Shown: positions 1-10,038 of the stretch, piece after piece
Numbering within the stretch: position 1 is the stretch's first letter
Layout of the letters: the number at the start of each line of letters is the position of its first letter
NCBI GenBank assembly: GCA_018823125.1
Contig: JAHJIW010000005.1
Location: 67,562 to 131,561 of the forward strand
Origin: Candidatus Margulisiibacteriota bacterium
Lineage (GTDB): Bacteria > Margulisbacteria > WOR-1 > JAHJIW01
Direction: 5' to 3'
DNA: 64,000 nt
Notes under the pieces: generated by a model
The model's database searches: none
What the model saw: the letters and a program-made list of their open reading frames with translations, nothing else
What the model was told of the DNA's origin: nothing
Translations under genes and position numbers: made by a program

Positions 1-758
1 GCGGCAAAAGATTTCGACCGGCTTTGATGCTTTTAGTATGTGAAGCGCTTTCCGGAAAAGTTAAACAAGTATTGGCGGCGGCCTGTGCGGTTGAGCTGAT
101 TCATACTTTTACCCTGATTCACGATGATCTGCCTTGTATGGATGACGATGATTATCGGCGGGGCAAACTTACTTCACATAAAAAGTTTGGCGAGGATATG
201 GCAACTTTAGCGGGGGACGCCATGCAGGCGCTGGCCTATGAGATATTACTGAAAGAAACTAAAGGGGTTTCTCTACAGTATAAGATGCGTGCATTAGAAA
301 CGATATTAGAGGCGATTGGATCGGATGGGGTGGTGACCGGACAGGTGCTCGATATTCAATCCGAGGGAAAGAAAATAAGTTTATCGGCACTGGAAAATAT
401 CCATTTAAAGAAAACGGCGGCGTTGATTCAGGCTGCGGTGAAAGCGGCCGCCATTCTTTGCGGTGCATCTACTAAAAAAATTACCCAGCTGGATCGTTAC
501 GCCCAGCATTTAGGGCTGTCATTTCAAATTGCGGATGATCTCTTGGATTACACTTCTTCATTTGCTAAGATGGGTAAGCAGCCCGGTAGTGATAAGAAGC
601 AAAAAAAATCTACTTACGTATCGTTACTCGGAAAAGAAAAGGCACGCCAACTGATGGTTAAAGAACGCGATCAGACCCGGCGGGCAATTTCTTTTTTAGG
701 TAAAAAAGGTAAGCGGTTAGCGGAATTAGCCGATTTTGTTATAAAAAGAGAAAGATAA
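1..758 (+). CDS. ispA: Polyprenyl (farnesyl/geranylgeranyl) diphosphate synthase, 5' end outside window
   Basis: Frame is open to position 1 (upstream in-frame residues GKRFRPAL). First and second aspartate-rich motifs present (LIHDDLPCMDDDDYRRGK; FQIADDLLD). Confidence 0.9.
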   Translation, partial: GKRFRPALMLLVCEALSGKVKQVLAAACAVELIHTFTLIHDDLPCMDDDDYRRGKLTSHKKFGEDMATLAGDAMQALAYEILLKETKGVSLQYKMRALETILEAIGSDGVVTGQVLDIQSEGKKISLSALENIHLKKTAALIQAAVKAAAILCGASTKKITQLDRYAQHLGLSFQIADDLLDYTSSFAKMGKQPGSDKKQKKSTYVSLLGKEKARQLMVKERDQTRRAISFLGKKGKRLAELADFVIKRER

Positions 759-778
759 ATTTTTGAGAGGAGCGCCAA

Positions 779-1264
779 ATGAAGATGCTGTGGGATATTG
801 TTAATTCACTTTTAGTTAATTACGTGCTGGTGATCGTGGCGTTTGCCTGGTTTGCGGCGCAGGTAATTAAAGTTTTTTATTACTGGATCGTGGACAAAGA
901 ATTTGATATTTTGCACTTTTTTGAGGCGGGAGGGATGCCCTCGGCACATTCGGCAACCGTATCGGCATTAACCATTGCGGTCGGACTAGTTTACGGCTGG
1001 GATTCTCCGCTGTTTGCGATTTCCGTAGTGTTAGCCTTAATTGTGATGTACGACGCTACCGGAGTTAGACGGGAAGCCGGCCGGCAGGCGTTACTGTTAA
1101 ATAAAATGGTTGAAGAAATTTATGCTTCGGATGGGGATAAGATTAAAAAACTAAAGGAATTAATTGGACATACACCCTTGGAAGTTATCGTGGGGGCGAC
1201 GATTGGCGTGGTAATTGCCTTTGTAAGTTATTATATTATTCATAGCGTATTATTCTTCGTATAA
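779..1264 (+). CDS. Divergent PAP2 / DUF212 family membrane protein (YuiD/OapA-like)
   Basis: 161 aa, hydrophobic, GGMPSAHSA motif typical of DUF212. RBS GAGAGGAG upstream of ATG. Sits between ispA and dxs. Confidence 0.75.
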   Translation: MKMLWDIVNSLLVNYVLVIVAFAWFAAQVIKVFYYWIVDKEFDILHFFEAGGMPSAHSATVSALTIAVGLVYGWDSPLFAISVVLALIVMYDATGVRREAGRQALLLNKMVEEIYASDGDKIKKLKELIGHTPLEVIVGATIGVVIAFVSYYIIHSVLFFV

Positions 1265-1279
1265 GAAATAGGATTGAGC

Positions 1280-3169
1280 ATGGGTCGGATTATCGACGAA
1301 ATTAAACTGCCGCAAGGATTAAATTATCTTTCTACCGAACAACTGGAACAGGTTGCCAAAGAGGTTAGAGGAGTTATTATCAAGGCAACTTCTAAGGTAG
1401 GCGGGCATCTTTCTTCAAGTTTAGGAGCAGTAGAACTTTCGATTGCTTTGCATTCGATTTATGACAGTCCCCGCGATAAAATAGTTTGGGACGTGGGACA
1501 TCAGGCCTACGCCCACAAAATTTTAACCGGAAGATTAGAAAGATTTGATACTATCCGCCAGTACGGTGGTTTATCCGGTTTTCCTAATATTACCGAAAGC
1601 CCGCACGATCATTTTACGGTGGGGCATGCCAGCACTTCAATTTCGTCCGCTCTGGGATTAGCGCAGGCCCGGGATTTAAAAGGTGAAAAACATGCAGTCG
1701 TGGCCGTGATCGGTGACGCTTCACTTTCGGGTGGGTTAGCACTCGAAGCCGTTAATAATTTAGTTCATTTAAAAAGCAATCTGATCATTGTACTGAATGA
1801 TAACGAAATGTTTATTTCTAAAGGAGTCGGGGCGCTTTCTAATTATTTAACCAGGGTTAGAACCAATCCCCTTTACTTCAACGTAAAGGAAAGAATTGAA
1901 AAATTAATTTCAAAAATTCCCCGCATCGGAGTACCGCTGGTGCGCAGTGCCGAAAAATTAAAAGATCGCACTAAACATTTCTTTGTTGACTTTAAAGTAG
2001 GGGTTATATTTGAAGAACTTGGTTTTAAATATTTTGGCCCCATCGACGGGCATAATATTCCGCTGCTCATGTCAACTTTGCACCATGCCAAGGAAGTTAA
2101 CGGTCCGGTTTTAATTCATATCTTAACCAAAAAAGGAAAAGGCTATGCCCCGGCCGAGAAAAATCCTACGCTTTTTCATAGTGCTCCGCCGTTCGATTTA
2201 AAAACCGGAAAGCCGATTCCTAAAAACGGCCGGCCTTCATATACCAGTGTTTTTGGTAAAGCCATGGTAAAAATTGCTAAACAAAATGACAAAGTAGCGG
2301 CAATCACGGCGGCGATGGTCGATGGTACCGGATTAGTGGATTTTGCTAAAGAATTTCCAAAGCGCTTTTTTGACGTAGGGATTGCAGAAGGCCATGCGGT
2401 AACTTTTGCGGGAGGTCTTTGTAAGGGCGGATTTAAGCCGGTCGTGGCAATTTACTCTACATTTTTACAGAGATCTTACGATCATATTATTCATGATGTG
2501 GCGCTGCAAAATTTACCGGTAGTTTTTGCCATTGATCGAGCCGGAATTGTGGGTGAGGACGGGGCAACCCATAACGGTTGTTTTGATATAACTTATATGC
2601 GTTCAATCCCCAATATGGTAGTGATGGCGCCTAAAGACGAAAACGAATTACAAAATATGCTTTTTACCGCGGCTAATTATCAGGATGGGCCGATATCGAT
2701 AAGATATCCGCGGGGCAGAGGGTTTGGGGTTGCATTAGATGAAAAACTTAAAAATATTCCTGTCGGTCAGGCGGAAGTAGTATTTAATCCGCCATCTGGT
2801 GCAGCGGACGTATCCATTATTGCCATTGGTTCGATGGTTTATCCCTCAATTGAAGCGGCCAAATCATTAAAAAAAGAAGGAATTGCCGCATCGGTTATTA
2901 ATGCGCGTTACGTTAAGCCGCTGGATGAAGCATTAATCTTAAAAGAAGTTGGCAATAAAAAATTAATCGTGACGGTTGAAGAAGGAACCCTCGAAGGCGG
3001 CTTTGGATCGGCGGTAGCTGAATTATTATTAAATCATAAAATTGTTACTCCGGTGAAACGCTTGGGTATTCCGGATAAATTTGTACAACACGGAGACAGA
3101 AATATAATATTAGAACTTTGTGGATTAACGCCGGAAAAGATTGTTGAAAATGTAAAGAAAGGTCTTTAA
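1280..3169 (+). CDS. dxs: 1-deoxy-D-xylulose-5-phosphate synthase
   Basis: About 630 aa with transketolase-like TPP-binding signatures (GGHLSSSLGAVEL, WDVGHQAYAHKILTGR, GDASLSGG). Start moved to ATG at 1280 (MGRIIDEI); the track start at 1274 is an in-frame TTG. Confidence 0.95.
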   Translation: MGRIIDEIKLPQGLNYLSTEQLEQVAKEVRGVIIKATSKVGGHLSSSLGAVELSIALHSIYDSPRDKIVWDVGHQAYAHKILTGRLERFDTIRQYGGLSGFPNITESPHDHFTVGHASTSISSALGLAQARDLKGEKHAVVAVIGDASLSGGLALEAVNNLVHLKSNLIIVLNDNEMFISKGVGALSNYLTRVRTNPLYFNVKERIEKLISKIPRIGVPLVRSAEKLKDRTKHFFVDFKVGVIFEELGFKYFGPIDGHNIPLLMSTLHHAKEVNGPVLIHILTKKGKGYAPAEKNPTLFHSAPPFDLKTGKPIPKNGRPSYTSVFGKAMVKIAKQNDKVAAITAAMVDGTGLVDFAKEFPKRFFDVGIAEGHAVTFAGGLCKGGFKPVVAIYSTFLQRSYDHIIHDVALQNLPVVFAIDRAGIVGEDGATHNGCFDITYMRSIPNMVVMAPKDENELQNMLFTAANYQDGPISIRYPRGRGFGVALDEKLKNIPVGQAEVVFNPPSGAADVSIIAIGSMVYPSIEAAKSLKKEGIAASVINARYVKPLDEALILKEVGNKKLIVTVEEGTLEGGFGSAVAELLLNHKIVTPVKRLGIPDKFVQHGDRNIILELCGLTPEKIVENVKKGL

Positions 3170-3181
3170 AATTCATAGCAT

Positions 3182-4837
3182 ATGTTAACTGATATTGAAA
3201 TTGCGCAAAGCGCCAAATTAAAACCAATTACTAAAATTGCTAAGGCCGCGGGATTTTCTCAGGATGAACTCGAGCCCCACGGAAAATATAAAGGAAAAAT
3301 TTGTCTTTCTGCTTATCGCCGCCGCATCCATAAAAAAGACGGTAAGTTAATTTTAGTAACTACCATGACCCCCACCCGCAGCGGTGAAGGAAAAACCACT
3401 TTAACTATTGGGCTGGGGCAGGCGCTTAAAAAAATTGGCAAAAAATCTTTTATTGCAGTTCGAGAGCCGTCTTTGGGGCCGGTGATGGGGATGAAGGGTG
3501 GTGCGGCCGGTGGTGGTTATTCGCAAGTGCTTCCCATGGACGAGATTAATCTGCACTTCGTAGGAGATATGCACGAAATCACGGCGGCCCATGATTTGTT
3601 GGCGGCGATAGTTGATAATCATATCTATCAGGGTAATGCTTTAGGGATTGATCCCAAGCGAGTGGTTTGGCACCGCGTCATGGATATGAATGATCGTGCT
3701 TTGCGCAATATTACACTGCATTCTAAAAAGGGTGATCGCAAAGATCGTTTTGATATTACCGCTTCATCCGAAGTTATGGCCATCATGTGTTTATCCGAAA
3801 GCATTGAAGATATGAAGAAAAGATTTGCCCGCATCATTGTTGGCTATACCCATGCGGGAAAAGCAATTACGGCCGGGGATCTGCATGTGCAGGGAGCGAT
3901 GGCGCTTTTGATGAAAAATGCGCTTAAACCAAATTTAGTGCAAACCATCGAAGGGGTTCCAACCTTTGTGCACGGCGGACCTTTTGCTAATATTGCTCAC
4001 GGCTGCAGCAGTTTAATGGCCACTAAATTAGCGCTTAAAGTAGCCGATTATGTGGTAACCGAAGCGGGCTTTGGTTCTGATTTAGGTGCCGAAAAGTTTT
4101 TTGATATTAAATGTAGGGTGGGAAATTTAAATCCTTCCGCGGTAGTTTTAGTGGTTACGGTCCGCGCGCTAAAACTGCAGGGCGGTGCCGGGAAAGAAGA
4201 TCTTATTAATCAGGATGATGCGGCATTGAAAAAAGGTTTTGAAAACCTCAATCAACATTTTCATAATATTCAAGCATTTGGAGTTCCTTGTATTTTAGCC
4301 TTAAATAAAATGCCGTGTGATACGCCTGAAGAAATCGAACTAGTGCTCAATACTTGTCAGGGCTTGGGTTACGATATTGCTTTGGCTGAAGTATGGGAAA
4401 AGGGTGGTGCCGGAGGAAAAGACTTAGCTAAAAAAGTGGTGAATGCTGCCAAACAAAAAAGCACGTTGAAGTTTTTATATAACCCTAAAGATGGTATTGA
4501 AATTAACTTAGGGAAAATTGCTAAAAATATATATGGAGCTTCGGGTGTAGAATACGAATCAGAAGCCATCAAAGATATTAAACATATTGCTGCGCTGGGC
4601 CTGGATAAATTACCAATTTGTGTAGCAAAAACTCAATATTCTCTTTCGCATGATCCAAAACTTTTAGGCCGGCCCAAAAACTATAAGCTGAAAGTAAGAG
4701 AACTCCAGGCCGATGCCGGTGCCGGATTTATAGTAGCTTACACCGGTGATATCCTTACCATGCCGGGTCTTCCTAAATGTCCCGCTGCCGCTAACATGGA
4801 TATTACCGAAGACGGAAAGATTACGGGGTTATTTTAA
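3182..4837 (+). CDS. fhs: Formate--tetrahydrofolate ligase
   Basis: 551 aa; N-terminus MLTDIEIAQ and P-loop-like [11 protein letters not shown] are characteristic of Fhs. Confidence 0.95.
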   Translation: MLTDIEIAQSAKLKPITKIAKAAGFSQDELEPHGKYKGKICLSAYRRRIHKKDGKLILVTTMTPTRSGEGKTTLTIGLGQALKKIGKKSFIAVREPSLGPVMGMKGGAAGGGYSQVLPMDEINLHFVGDMHEITAAHDLLAAIVDNHIYQGNALGIDPKRVVWHRVMDMNDRALRNITLHSKKGDRKDRFDITASSEVMAIMCLSESIEDMKKRFARIIVGYTHAGKAITAGDLHVQGAMALLMKNALKPNLVQTIEGVPTFVHGGPFANIAHGCSSLMATKLALKVADYVVTEAGFGSDLGAEKFFDIKCRVGNLNPSAVVLVVTVRALKLQGGAGKEDLINQDDAALKKGFENLNQHFHNIQAFGVPCILALNKMPCDTPEEIELVLNTCQGLGYDIALAEVWEKGGAGGKDLAKKVVNAAKQKSTLKFLYNPKDGIEINLGKIAKNIYGASGVEYESEAIKDIKHIAALGLDKLPICVAKTQYSLSHDPKLLGRPKNYKLKVRELQADAGAGFIVAYTGDILTMPGLPKCPAAANMDITEDGKITGLF

Positions 4838-4841
4838 AGTT

Positions 4842-5423
4842 ATGACAGAAAAAAAATCAATCAACCTAAAAAAGATCGAAAAAGCATTCAAAGAAATATT
4901 AGTGGCCATCGGCGAAGATCCAAAGCGTAAAGGCATTCAGGATACGCCGCGCCGCGTAGCCAAAATGTACGCTGAGATTTTTGCGGGACTGCAAAAAGAT
5001 CCCAAAAAGGAATTAACCGTTTTTCACGAAGAAGAACACGAAGAAATGGTGATGGTGAAAAACATTCCTTTTTATTCGATGTGTGAACACCATTTTGTGC
5101 CGTTTATTGGGAAAGCTCACGTGGTGTATATTCCAACCAAGGGCTATGTAACCGGACTATCAAAGCTGGTTAGAGTAATCGAAGGTTTTGCCAAGCGGCC
5201 GCAGCTGCAGGAACGCCTAACTACCCAAATTGCGGATACGTTAATGAAGGGATTGAAGCCGCAGGGTGTTATGGTGGTAATCGAAGCAGAGCATCTTTGC
5301 ATGTCACTTAGAGGGGTTAAAAAACCGGGCTCCATCACGGTTACTTCTGCGGTACGCGGTGTCTTCCGCAAAAATCCTACCACGCGCGCTGAAGCCATGT
5401 CGCTGATTAAGGATTCAAAATAG
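4842..5423 (+). CDS. folE: GTP cyclohydrolase I
   Basis: Conserved CEHHFVPF motif and length. Start set to ATG at 4842 (MTEKK) immediately after the fhs stop; the track ORF extends upstream into fhs. Confidence 0.9.
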   Translation: MTEKKSINLKKIEKAFKEILVAIGEDPKRKGIQDTPRRVAKMYAEIFAGLQKDPKKELTVFHEEEHEEMVMVKNIPFYSMCEHHFVPFIGKAHVVYIPTKGYVTGLSKLVRVIEGFAKRPQLQERLTTQIADTLMKGLKPQGVMVVIEAEHLCMSLRGVKKPGSITVTSAVRGVFRKNPTTRAEAMSLIKDSK

Positions 5424-5430
5424 GTAACTT

Positions 5431-6537
5431 ATGCGAGACGAATTCAAGTATTTATTAGCACTTTCATCCGTTCCGGGTATTGGCAACGCTACGCTCAAAG
5501 CGCTTTTGACTCACTTTGAGCTGGCGGAAGATATTTGTACCGCTACGGAAAAAGAATTACTAAGTGTGCCGGGGATCAATCCCAAAATTGTAGCGGAAAT
5601 TATAAAAGCCCGTGAAACTCATAATTTTGATATTCAGCTTAAAATTGACATGCCTTCGCATACGGAAATTATTGAATACACTAATGAAAAATATCCGCAG
5701 CTATTAAAAACCATTTATGACCCACCGCCGTATTTATTTGCCAGGGGTAATTTAGATTTACTAGATGAGCTATGCTTTGGTGTGGTTGGAACCAGAAAAG
5801 CTACCAGTTACGGCTTAAAAATGGCGCAGCATATTTCAACCGGGCTGGCTCAAGCTGGTTTTACCATTGTTTCCGGAATGGCCGAAGGAGTGGATGCGGA
5901 GGCGCACCGGGCGGCACTAGCCGTGACCGGAAAAACGATTGCGGTGCTTGGTTGCGGCGTAGATATAGTTTATCCATCCATTAACCAATCACTTTATAAA
6001 GAAATTTATAAACACGGTTTAATTATTTCCGAATTTTTACCGGCGAGCGAACCCACTAAATATACTTTCCCTAAAAGAAACCGTATAATTTCAGGATTAT
6101 CAAAAGGGGTTTTGTTTGTTGAAGGCGGGAAAAAGAGCGGGGCCATGATTACCGTTGATTATGCACTGGAGCAGGGGCGAGATGTTTTTGCCATACCGGG
6201 AAGAATTGATACCGATGCGGCGCAAGGTACCAACTGGCTGATTCAACACGGCGCTAAATTAGTACAAAACGCAAATGATATTTCAGAAGAATACGGAATG
6301 GTTTGTGATGCCCACAATGTTTGCAGTGTTAATCGGGTCAAGGCCATTATTAAAAATTATCAGCTTGACCAGGAAAGCGAAAGAATATTAGAAGCCCTGG
6401 CCGAAGGTGAACAAAATATCGAAATTTTATCCCGCCTTTTAGATATGGATATTCGATCGCTGCAGGCAAAATTAACCATGCTGGAGTTAAAGGGAATCGT
6501 GAAGCGGGTTTCGGGCAGGGTGTTTGGCCTGGCGTAA
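5431..6537 (+). CDS. dprA: DNA processing protein DprA (Smf)
   Basis: 368 aa; Rossmann-like core GVVGTRKATSYG ... IVSGMAEGVDAEAHRAAL typical of DprA. Confidence 0.9.
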   Translation: MRDEFKYLLALSSVPGIGNATLKALLTHFELAEDICTATEKELLSVPGINPKIVAEIIKARETHNFDIQLKIDMPSHTEIIEYTNEKYPQLLKTIYDPPPYLFARGNLDLLDELCFGVVGTRKATSYGLKMAQHISTGLAQAGFTIVSGMAEGVDAEAHRAALAVTGKTIAVLGCGVDIVYPSINQSLYKEIYKHGLIISEFLPASEPTKYTFPKRNRIISGLSKGVLFVEGGKKSGAMITVDYALEQGRDVFAIPGRIDTDAAQGTNWLIQHGAKLVQNANDISEEYGMVCDAHNVCSVNRVKAIIKNYQLDQESERILEALAEGEQNIEILSRLLDMDIRSLQAKLTMLELKGIVKRVSGRVFGLA

Positions 6538-6543
6538 GCGCAG

Positions 6544-7206
6544 CTATAGATTAGTACTAAACTTATAACCTTTTTCTTTAATCAGTTTTATTATTTCAGG
6601 TAGTGCAATAATCAATTCTTCTCTTTTGGGACCGCCGTCGTGCATGAGGATGATCGCACCGTCCGCTAGATTATTATTCACCGTTTTAACATATTCTTTG
6701 GCGGCATGAACATTCCAGTCGCTGATATCAAAGGTCCAAAATGCAATTTTGTAACCCTTTTCTTTGGCTAGTTTAAAAGCGCGCCAGTTAAAAAAGCCGT
6801 AAGGGGGACGAAATAATTTTACATTTACGCCGCTGGCGTCGAAAATTGTTTGATGCGTATTGTCTAACTCCTTTTTGATGACCGCTCGATCAATAACATA
6901 ACCATCGATGTGTGTATAAGTATGGTTTGCCAGGGTATGTCCCTCAATATTGATTCTTTCAATGATTTGAGGATTAGCCTTAGCTTTATAACCAATAACA
7001 AAAAAAGTGGCTTTGACCCCATTATCCCTGAGGATGTCCAGTATTTTAGGGGTATTAACCGGGTCGGGACCATCGTCAAAGGTTAGATATACGGTTTGCG
7101 GAGTATTTTTTTGCCAAATAATTTCACCGGCCTGCGGTACACAGGAAGTAAGTAAAAACGACAAAAAAACTAATATAATTAAGCCGGGGATCAATGTTTT
7201 TTTCAT
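6544..7206 (-). CDS. Polysaccharide deacetylase (NodB-homology) lipoprotein
   Basis: Signal peptide ending LLTSC (lipobox-like); TFDDGPDP motif and downstream His residues typical of CE4 deacetylases. Confidence 0.85.
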   Translation of the reverse strand: MKKTLIPGLIILVFLSFLLTSCVPQAGEIIWQKNTPQTVYLTFDDGPDPVNTPKILDILRDNGVKATFFVIGYKAKANPQIIERINIEGHTLANHTYTHIDGYVIDRAVIKKELDNTHQTIFDASGVNVKLFRPPYGFFNWRAFKLAKEKGYKIAFWTFDISDWNVHAAKEYVKTVNNNLADGAIILMHDGGPKREELIIALPEIIKLIKEKGYKFSTNL

Positions 7207-7305
7207 GATGAATCATTTTAGCATATTATTATCAATAATGTCTTTGCACTAATAACAGGCCCACTGCTATAATTGATTTAAGTTTACAAATTATTGGAGA
7301 ATAAA

Positions 7306-8574
7306 ATGGTTTTATTTAGTGAAATGTATGCTTCAAAATTAAAAAGAGTTGCCGTAGTTGACCGCATCCAGGAGCCGGTAGGCAAAGTTAAGGATTTAGT
7401 CATTACAATTACCGAACCGTATCCCGTCGTTTCGGGTCTCTTAATTACTACTAACGCAGGTAAAGAATATATTATTTTAATGGCTGAGATCGACATGATT
7501 GGCCAGCAATTTGTTGCTACCCGCACCACCAAGGACCGCATCCCCTTTACTAACCACCGCAATCATGAACTCTATGCTTTTAGAGATATATTTGATAAAC
7601 AGATTGTAGATATTAACGGGGCGCGGGTAATTCGGGTCAACGATTTAAAGTTGGCTAAGGTTGAGCAAAGTGTAAATTTAATTGCAGTCGATGTAGGGGC
7701 GAGGGGACTACTAAGAAGAATTGGCATTGAAGGTTTGGTTGATTGGTTGCTGGGATTGTTTAAAATTACAATTCCGGAACGTTTAATTGGTTGGGACCAC
7801 GTCGAACAATTCCAAACTGGGTCGCATCTTGGCCCAATTACCATTCCGCATAATCGGATCACTGAACTGCATCCGGCGGACGTTGCCAATATTATTAGTC
7901 AGGTGCACTCCGAAGAAAAAACCGCCATCTTTAAATCTTTAAGTGATAAGACCGCCGCTGAAGCGCTGCACGAATTAGAACCTAAAATTCAGGCCATGTT
8001 GCTTTTAACCATTGATACTAAAAAAGCCCTGCGGATTATCGAAAAAATGCCGGTAGACGAAATTGCAGACGTATTAGGCGATCTTCCGCAGGAGAAAGCC
8101 AATGAATTGTTAAGGTTGCTGGGTCCGCGTAAGATGCAAAAAGTAAAAGAATTATTAAGTCACCCCGAAGAAACCGCGGGCGGTTTGATGACCACCGAAT
8201 TTATTAGTGTACCTTTGCATTTTTCGGTTGAAGATACCATTTTAAAACTCAGAGAGGTGGCTCCGGACGCCGAAACTATTTATTACGTTTACGTTTTAGA
8301 TAATGATGAAAAATTGATCGGGGTCTTTTCCCTCCGTGAATTAATTATTGCTCAGCCGCAGGTAAAAATCAGCCAAATTATGACTACCAATTTAAAAACG
8401 GTGGATTCGGATGATAATCAAAAAGAAGTGGCGGATATCATATCAAAATATAATTTGTTTTCAGTGCCGGTAGTTGATAAAAATAATAAAATGTTAGGCA
8501 TTGTTACAGTAGATGACGTCGTAGACTTTATTTTACCTCCCATATCTCGCAGAAAGAGGCATATTTTAGGATGA
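7306..8574 (+). CDS. Soluble PRC-barrel / MgtE N-terminal domain / CBS-pair protein (no transmembrane domain)
   Basis: MgtE_N-like helical segment followed by two CBS-like segments; no hydrophobic C-terminal region. Start set to ATG at 7306 with GGAG six nt upstream (track start is an in-frame TTG at 7294). Stop overlaps the next gene's start (ATGA). Confidence 0.75.
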   Translation: MVLFSEMYASKLKRVAVVDRIQEPVGKVKDLVITITEPYPVVSGLLITTNAGKEYIILMAEIDMIGQQFVATRTTKDRIPFTNHRNHELYAFRDIFDKQIVDINGARVIRVNDLKLAKVEQSVNLIAVDVGARGLLRRIGIEGLVDWLLGLFKITIPERLIGWDHVEQFQTGSHLGPITIPHNRITELHPADVANIISQVHSEEKTAIFKSLSDKTAAEALHELEPKIQAMLLLTIDTKKALRIIEKMPVDEIADVLGDLPQEKANELLRLLGPRKMQKVKELLSHPEETAGGLMTTEFISVPLHFSVEDTILKLREVAPDAETIYYVYVLDNDEKLIGVFSLRELIIAQPQVKISQIMTTNLKTVDSDDNQKEVADIISKYNLFSVPVVDKNNKMLGIVTVDDVVDFILPPISRRKRHILG

Positions 8575-9815
8575 AAGCTCCCCGCGCACCTTTTTACAAA
8601 AGAATGTGGTTTTTCCTTTTAATCCTGGGACCAGGGATGGTTTCGGCTATGGCAGGCAACGATGCGGGAGGTACGGCAACTTATTCGGTGATCGGGGCCA
8701 ATTATGGTTTTAAAATGCTCTGGCTTTTGGTAATTGTTGGAATTGGACTAGCTACCATTCAAGAGATGTGTGCTCGGATGGGCGTGGTTACGGGGAAAGG
8801 CTTGTCAGACTTAATTAGAGAAGAGTTTGGGGTACGCTGGACGCTTTTTGCGATGATTATCCTTTTAGTAGCCAATATTGCCGTAACTATTGCCGAATTT
8901 GCCGGAATTGCCGCCTCCCTGGAAATTTTTGGAATCACTCGATATTTAACCATTCCGATTACGGCCGTGTTTATCTGGTGGTTAATTACCAAAGGAACCT
9001 ATCGGTTTGTAGAACGGTTTTTTATTGCGGTATGCTTTATTTATTTTTCTTATATTATTTCAGGTTTAATGGCCAAGCCGGATTGGGCTTTGGTTTTGCA
9101 AAATACGGTGGTTCCTCATTTTGAGTTTAAAGCAAATTTTATTATGATTGCGATTGCCATGATTGGTACTACCATTACTCCCTGGATGCAGTTTTATCTG
9201 CAGTCATCGATTGTGGAAAGAGGGTATAAAACCAGACAATACGGCATGGAGCGCTGGGACGTAATTTTAGGAGCGGTGGTTGCGGTGGTGATTGCCTATT
9301 TTATTATTGTTGCCTGTGGAGCAACGCTGCATACGGCCGGGATACAAGTTCACAGTGCTAAGGATGCGGCCTTAGCGCTTTCGCCGTTGGTGGGTAGTAG
9401 TGCGGCAATGCTATTTGCGCTGGGTCTTTTTGGCTCATCATTTTTAGGCGCCACTATTTTACCGCTTTCTTCCGCTTACGCCATTTGTGAGGCTTTTGGT
9501 CTGGAAAACGGCATTAGTAAAAAATTATCTGAGGCTCCGGTTTTTTTCTTTTTATTTACCGCTTTAATTCTGATTGGAGCCGGGGTAGTTTTAATTCCCA
9601 GTGTTTCACTGATTAATGTAATGGTTATTTCCCAAACTGCCAACGGAATTCTTTTGCCGTTTATCTTGATTTTTATGCTGCTTTTGGGGAATAACAAAAA
9701 ACTGATGGGGGAGCACAAGAATTCTGCTTTTTATAATATTGTTATCTGGGGAATTGCGCTATTCTTAATTCTGCTTACTATAATCCTGTTATTTTCTTCT
9801 TTGGTTCATTTCTGA
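8571..9815 (+). CDS. NRAMP (SLC11) family divalent cation transporter, NRMT-like
   Basis: 414 aa polytopic membrane protein. The TM1 region LGPGMVSAMAGNDAGG resembles the NRAMP GPGFL...DPGN signature but with DAGG. TM6 region reads GTTITPW where canonical NRAMP has A..MPH. Confidence 0.75.
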   Translation: MKAPRAPFYKRMWFFLLILGPGMVSAMAGNDAGGTATYSVIGANYGFKMLWLLVIVGIGLATIQEMCARMGVVTGKGLSDLIREEFGVRWTLFAMIILLVANIAVTIAEFAGIAASLEIFGITRYLTIPITAVFIWWLITKGTYRFVERFFIAVCFIYFSYIISGLMAKPDWALVLQNTVVPHFEFKANFIMIAIAMIGTTITPWMQFYLQSSIVERGYKTRQYGMERWDVILGAVVAVVIAYFIIVACGATLHTAGIQVHSAKDAALALSPLVGSSAAMLFALGLFGSSFLGATILPLSSAYAICEAFGLENGISKKLSEAPVFFFLFTALILIGAGVVLIPSVSLINVMVISQTANGILLPFILIFMLLLGNNKKLMGEHKNSAFYNIVIWGIALFLILLTIILLFSSLVHF

Positions 9816-9820
9816 TGCCA

Positions 9821-9853
9821 TAAAAAAACTAGGATGTTTAATAATAAACATCC
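9821..9853 (-). terminator. Rho-independent terminator (reads on minus strand; possibly bidirectional)
   Basis: Perfect 9-bp stem GGATGTTTA/TAAACATCC with a 4-nt loop, followed on the minus strand by a run of 7 T; lies just downstream of the small minus-strand ORF. Confidence 0.5.
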
Positions 9854-9879
9854 CAGTTTGATAAAGGTAACCCTAAAAA

Positions 9880-10038
9880 CTATTTATTCTTTTTTAGAAG
9901 TTTATGTTTCTTAATAACACCCCAGATTACTTGGGTCATTTTAGTAACAGGTATTGGCTTCGCTCCAAATACTTTTTCTAGAGTTTCGCCTCTTCCTTTA
10001 AAATTAACGGTCATTTTCTTTAATCCACCTCTTGCCAT
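9880..10038 (-). CDS. Small ORF (52 aa), resembles the N-terminal half of a SWIB/MDM2-type domain
   Basis: Not in the ORF track (under 60 aa). ATG preceded by AAAGGAGGTGA; followed by a terminator hairpin. Translation MARGGLKKMTVNFKGRGETLEKVFGAKPIPVTKMTQVIWGVIKKHKLLKKNK. Confidence 0.35.
   Translation of the reverse strand: MARGGLKKMTVNFKGRGETLEKVFGAKPIPVTKMTQVIWGVIKKHKLLKKNK

Noticed and set aside
758-779. OLE RNA between ispA and the DUF212 gene
   Set aside because: Only about 20 nt of intergenic space; a roughly 600-nt RNA cannot fit.
1274-1279. Extended N-termini given by the ORF track from in-frame TTG/GTG codons (dxs 1274, folE 4746, MgtE-like 7294, chagasin 10208, exonuclease 37583, GH8 39794, C45 51324, others)
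   Set aside because: Downstream ATG codons with proper Shine-Dalgarno spacing, or ones that avoid long overlaps with the upstream gene, are more plausible starts.
7207-7305. M-box (Mg2+) riboswitch upstream of the MgtE-N/NRAMP pair
   Set aside because: The roughly 100-nt divergent intergenic region is too short for an M-box and shows no long conserved helices.
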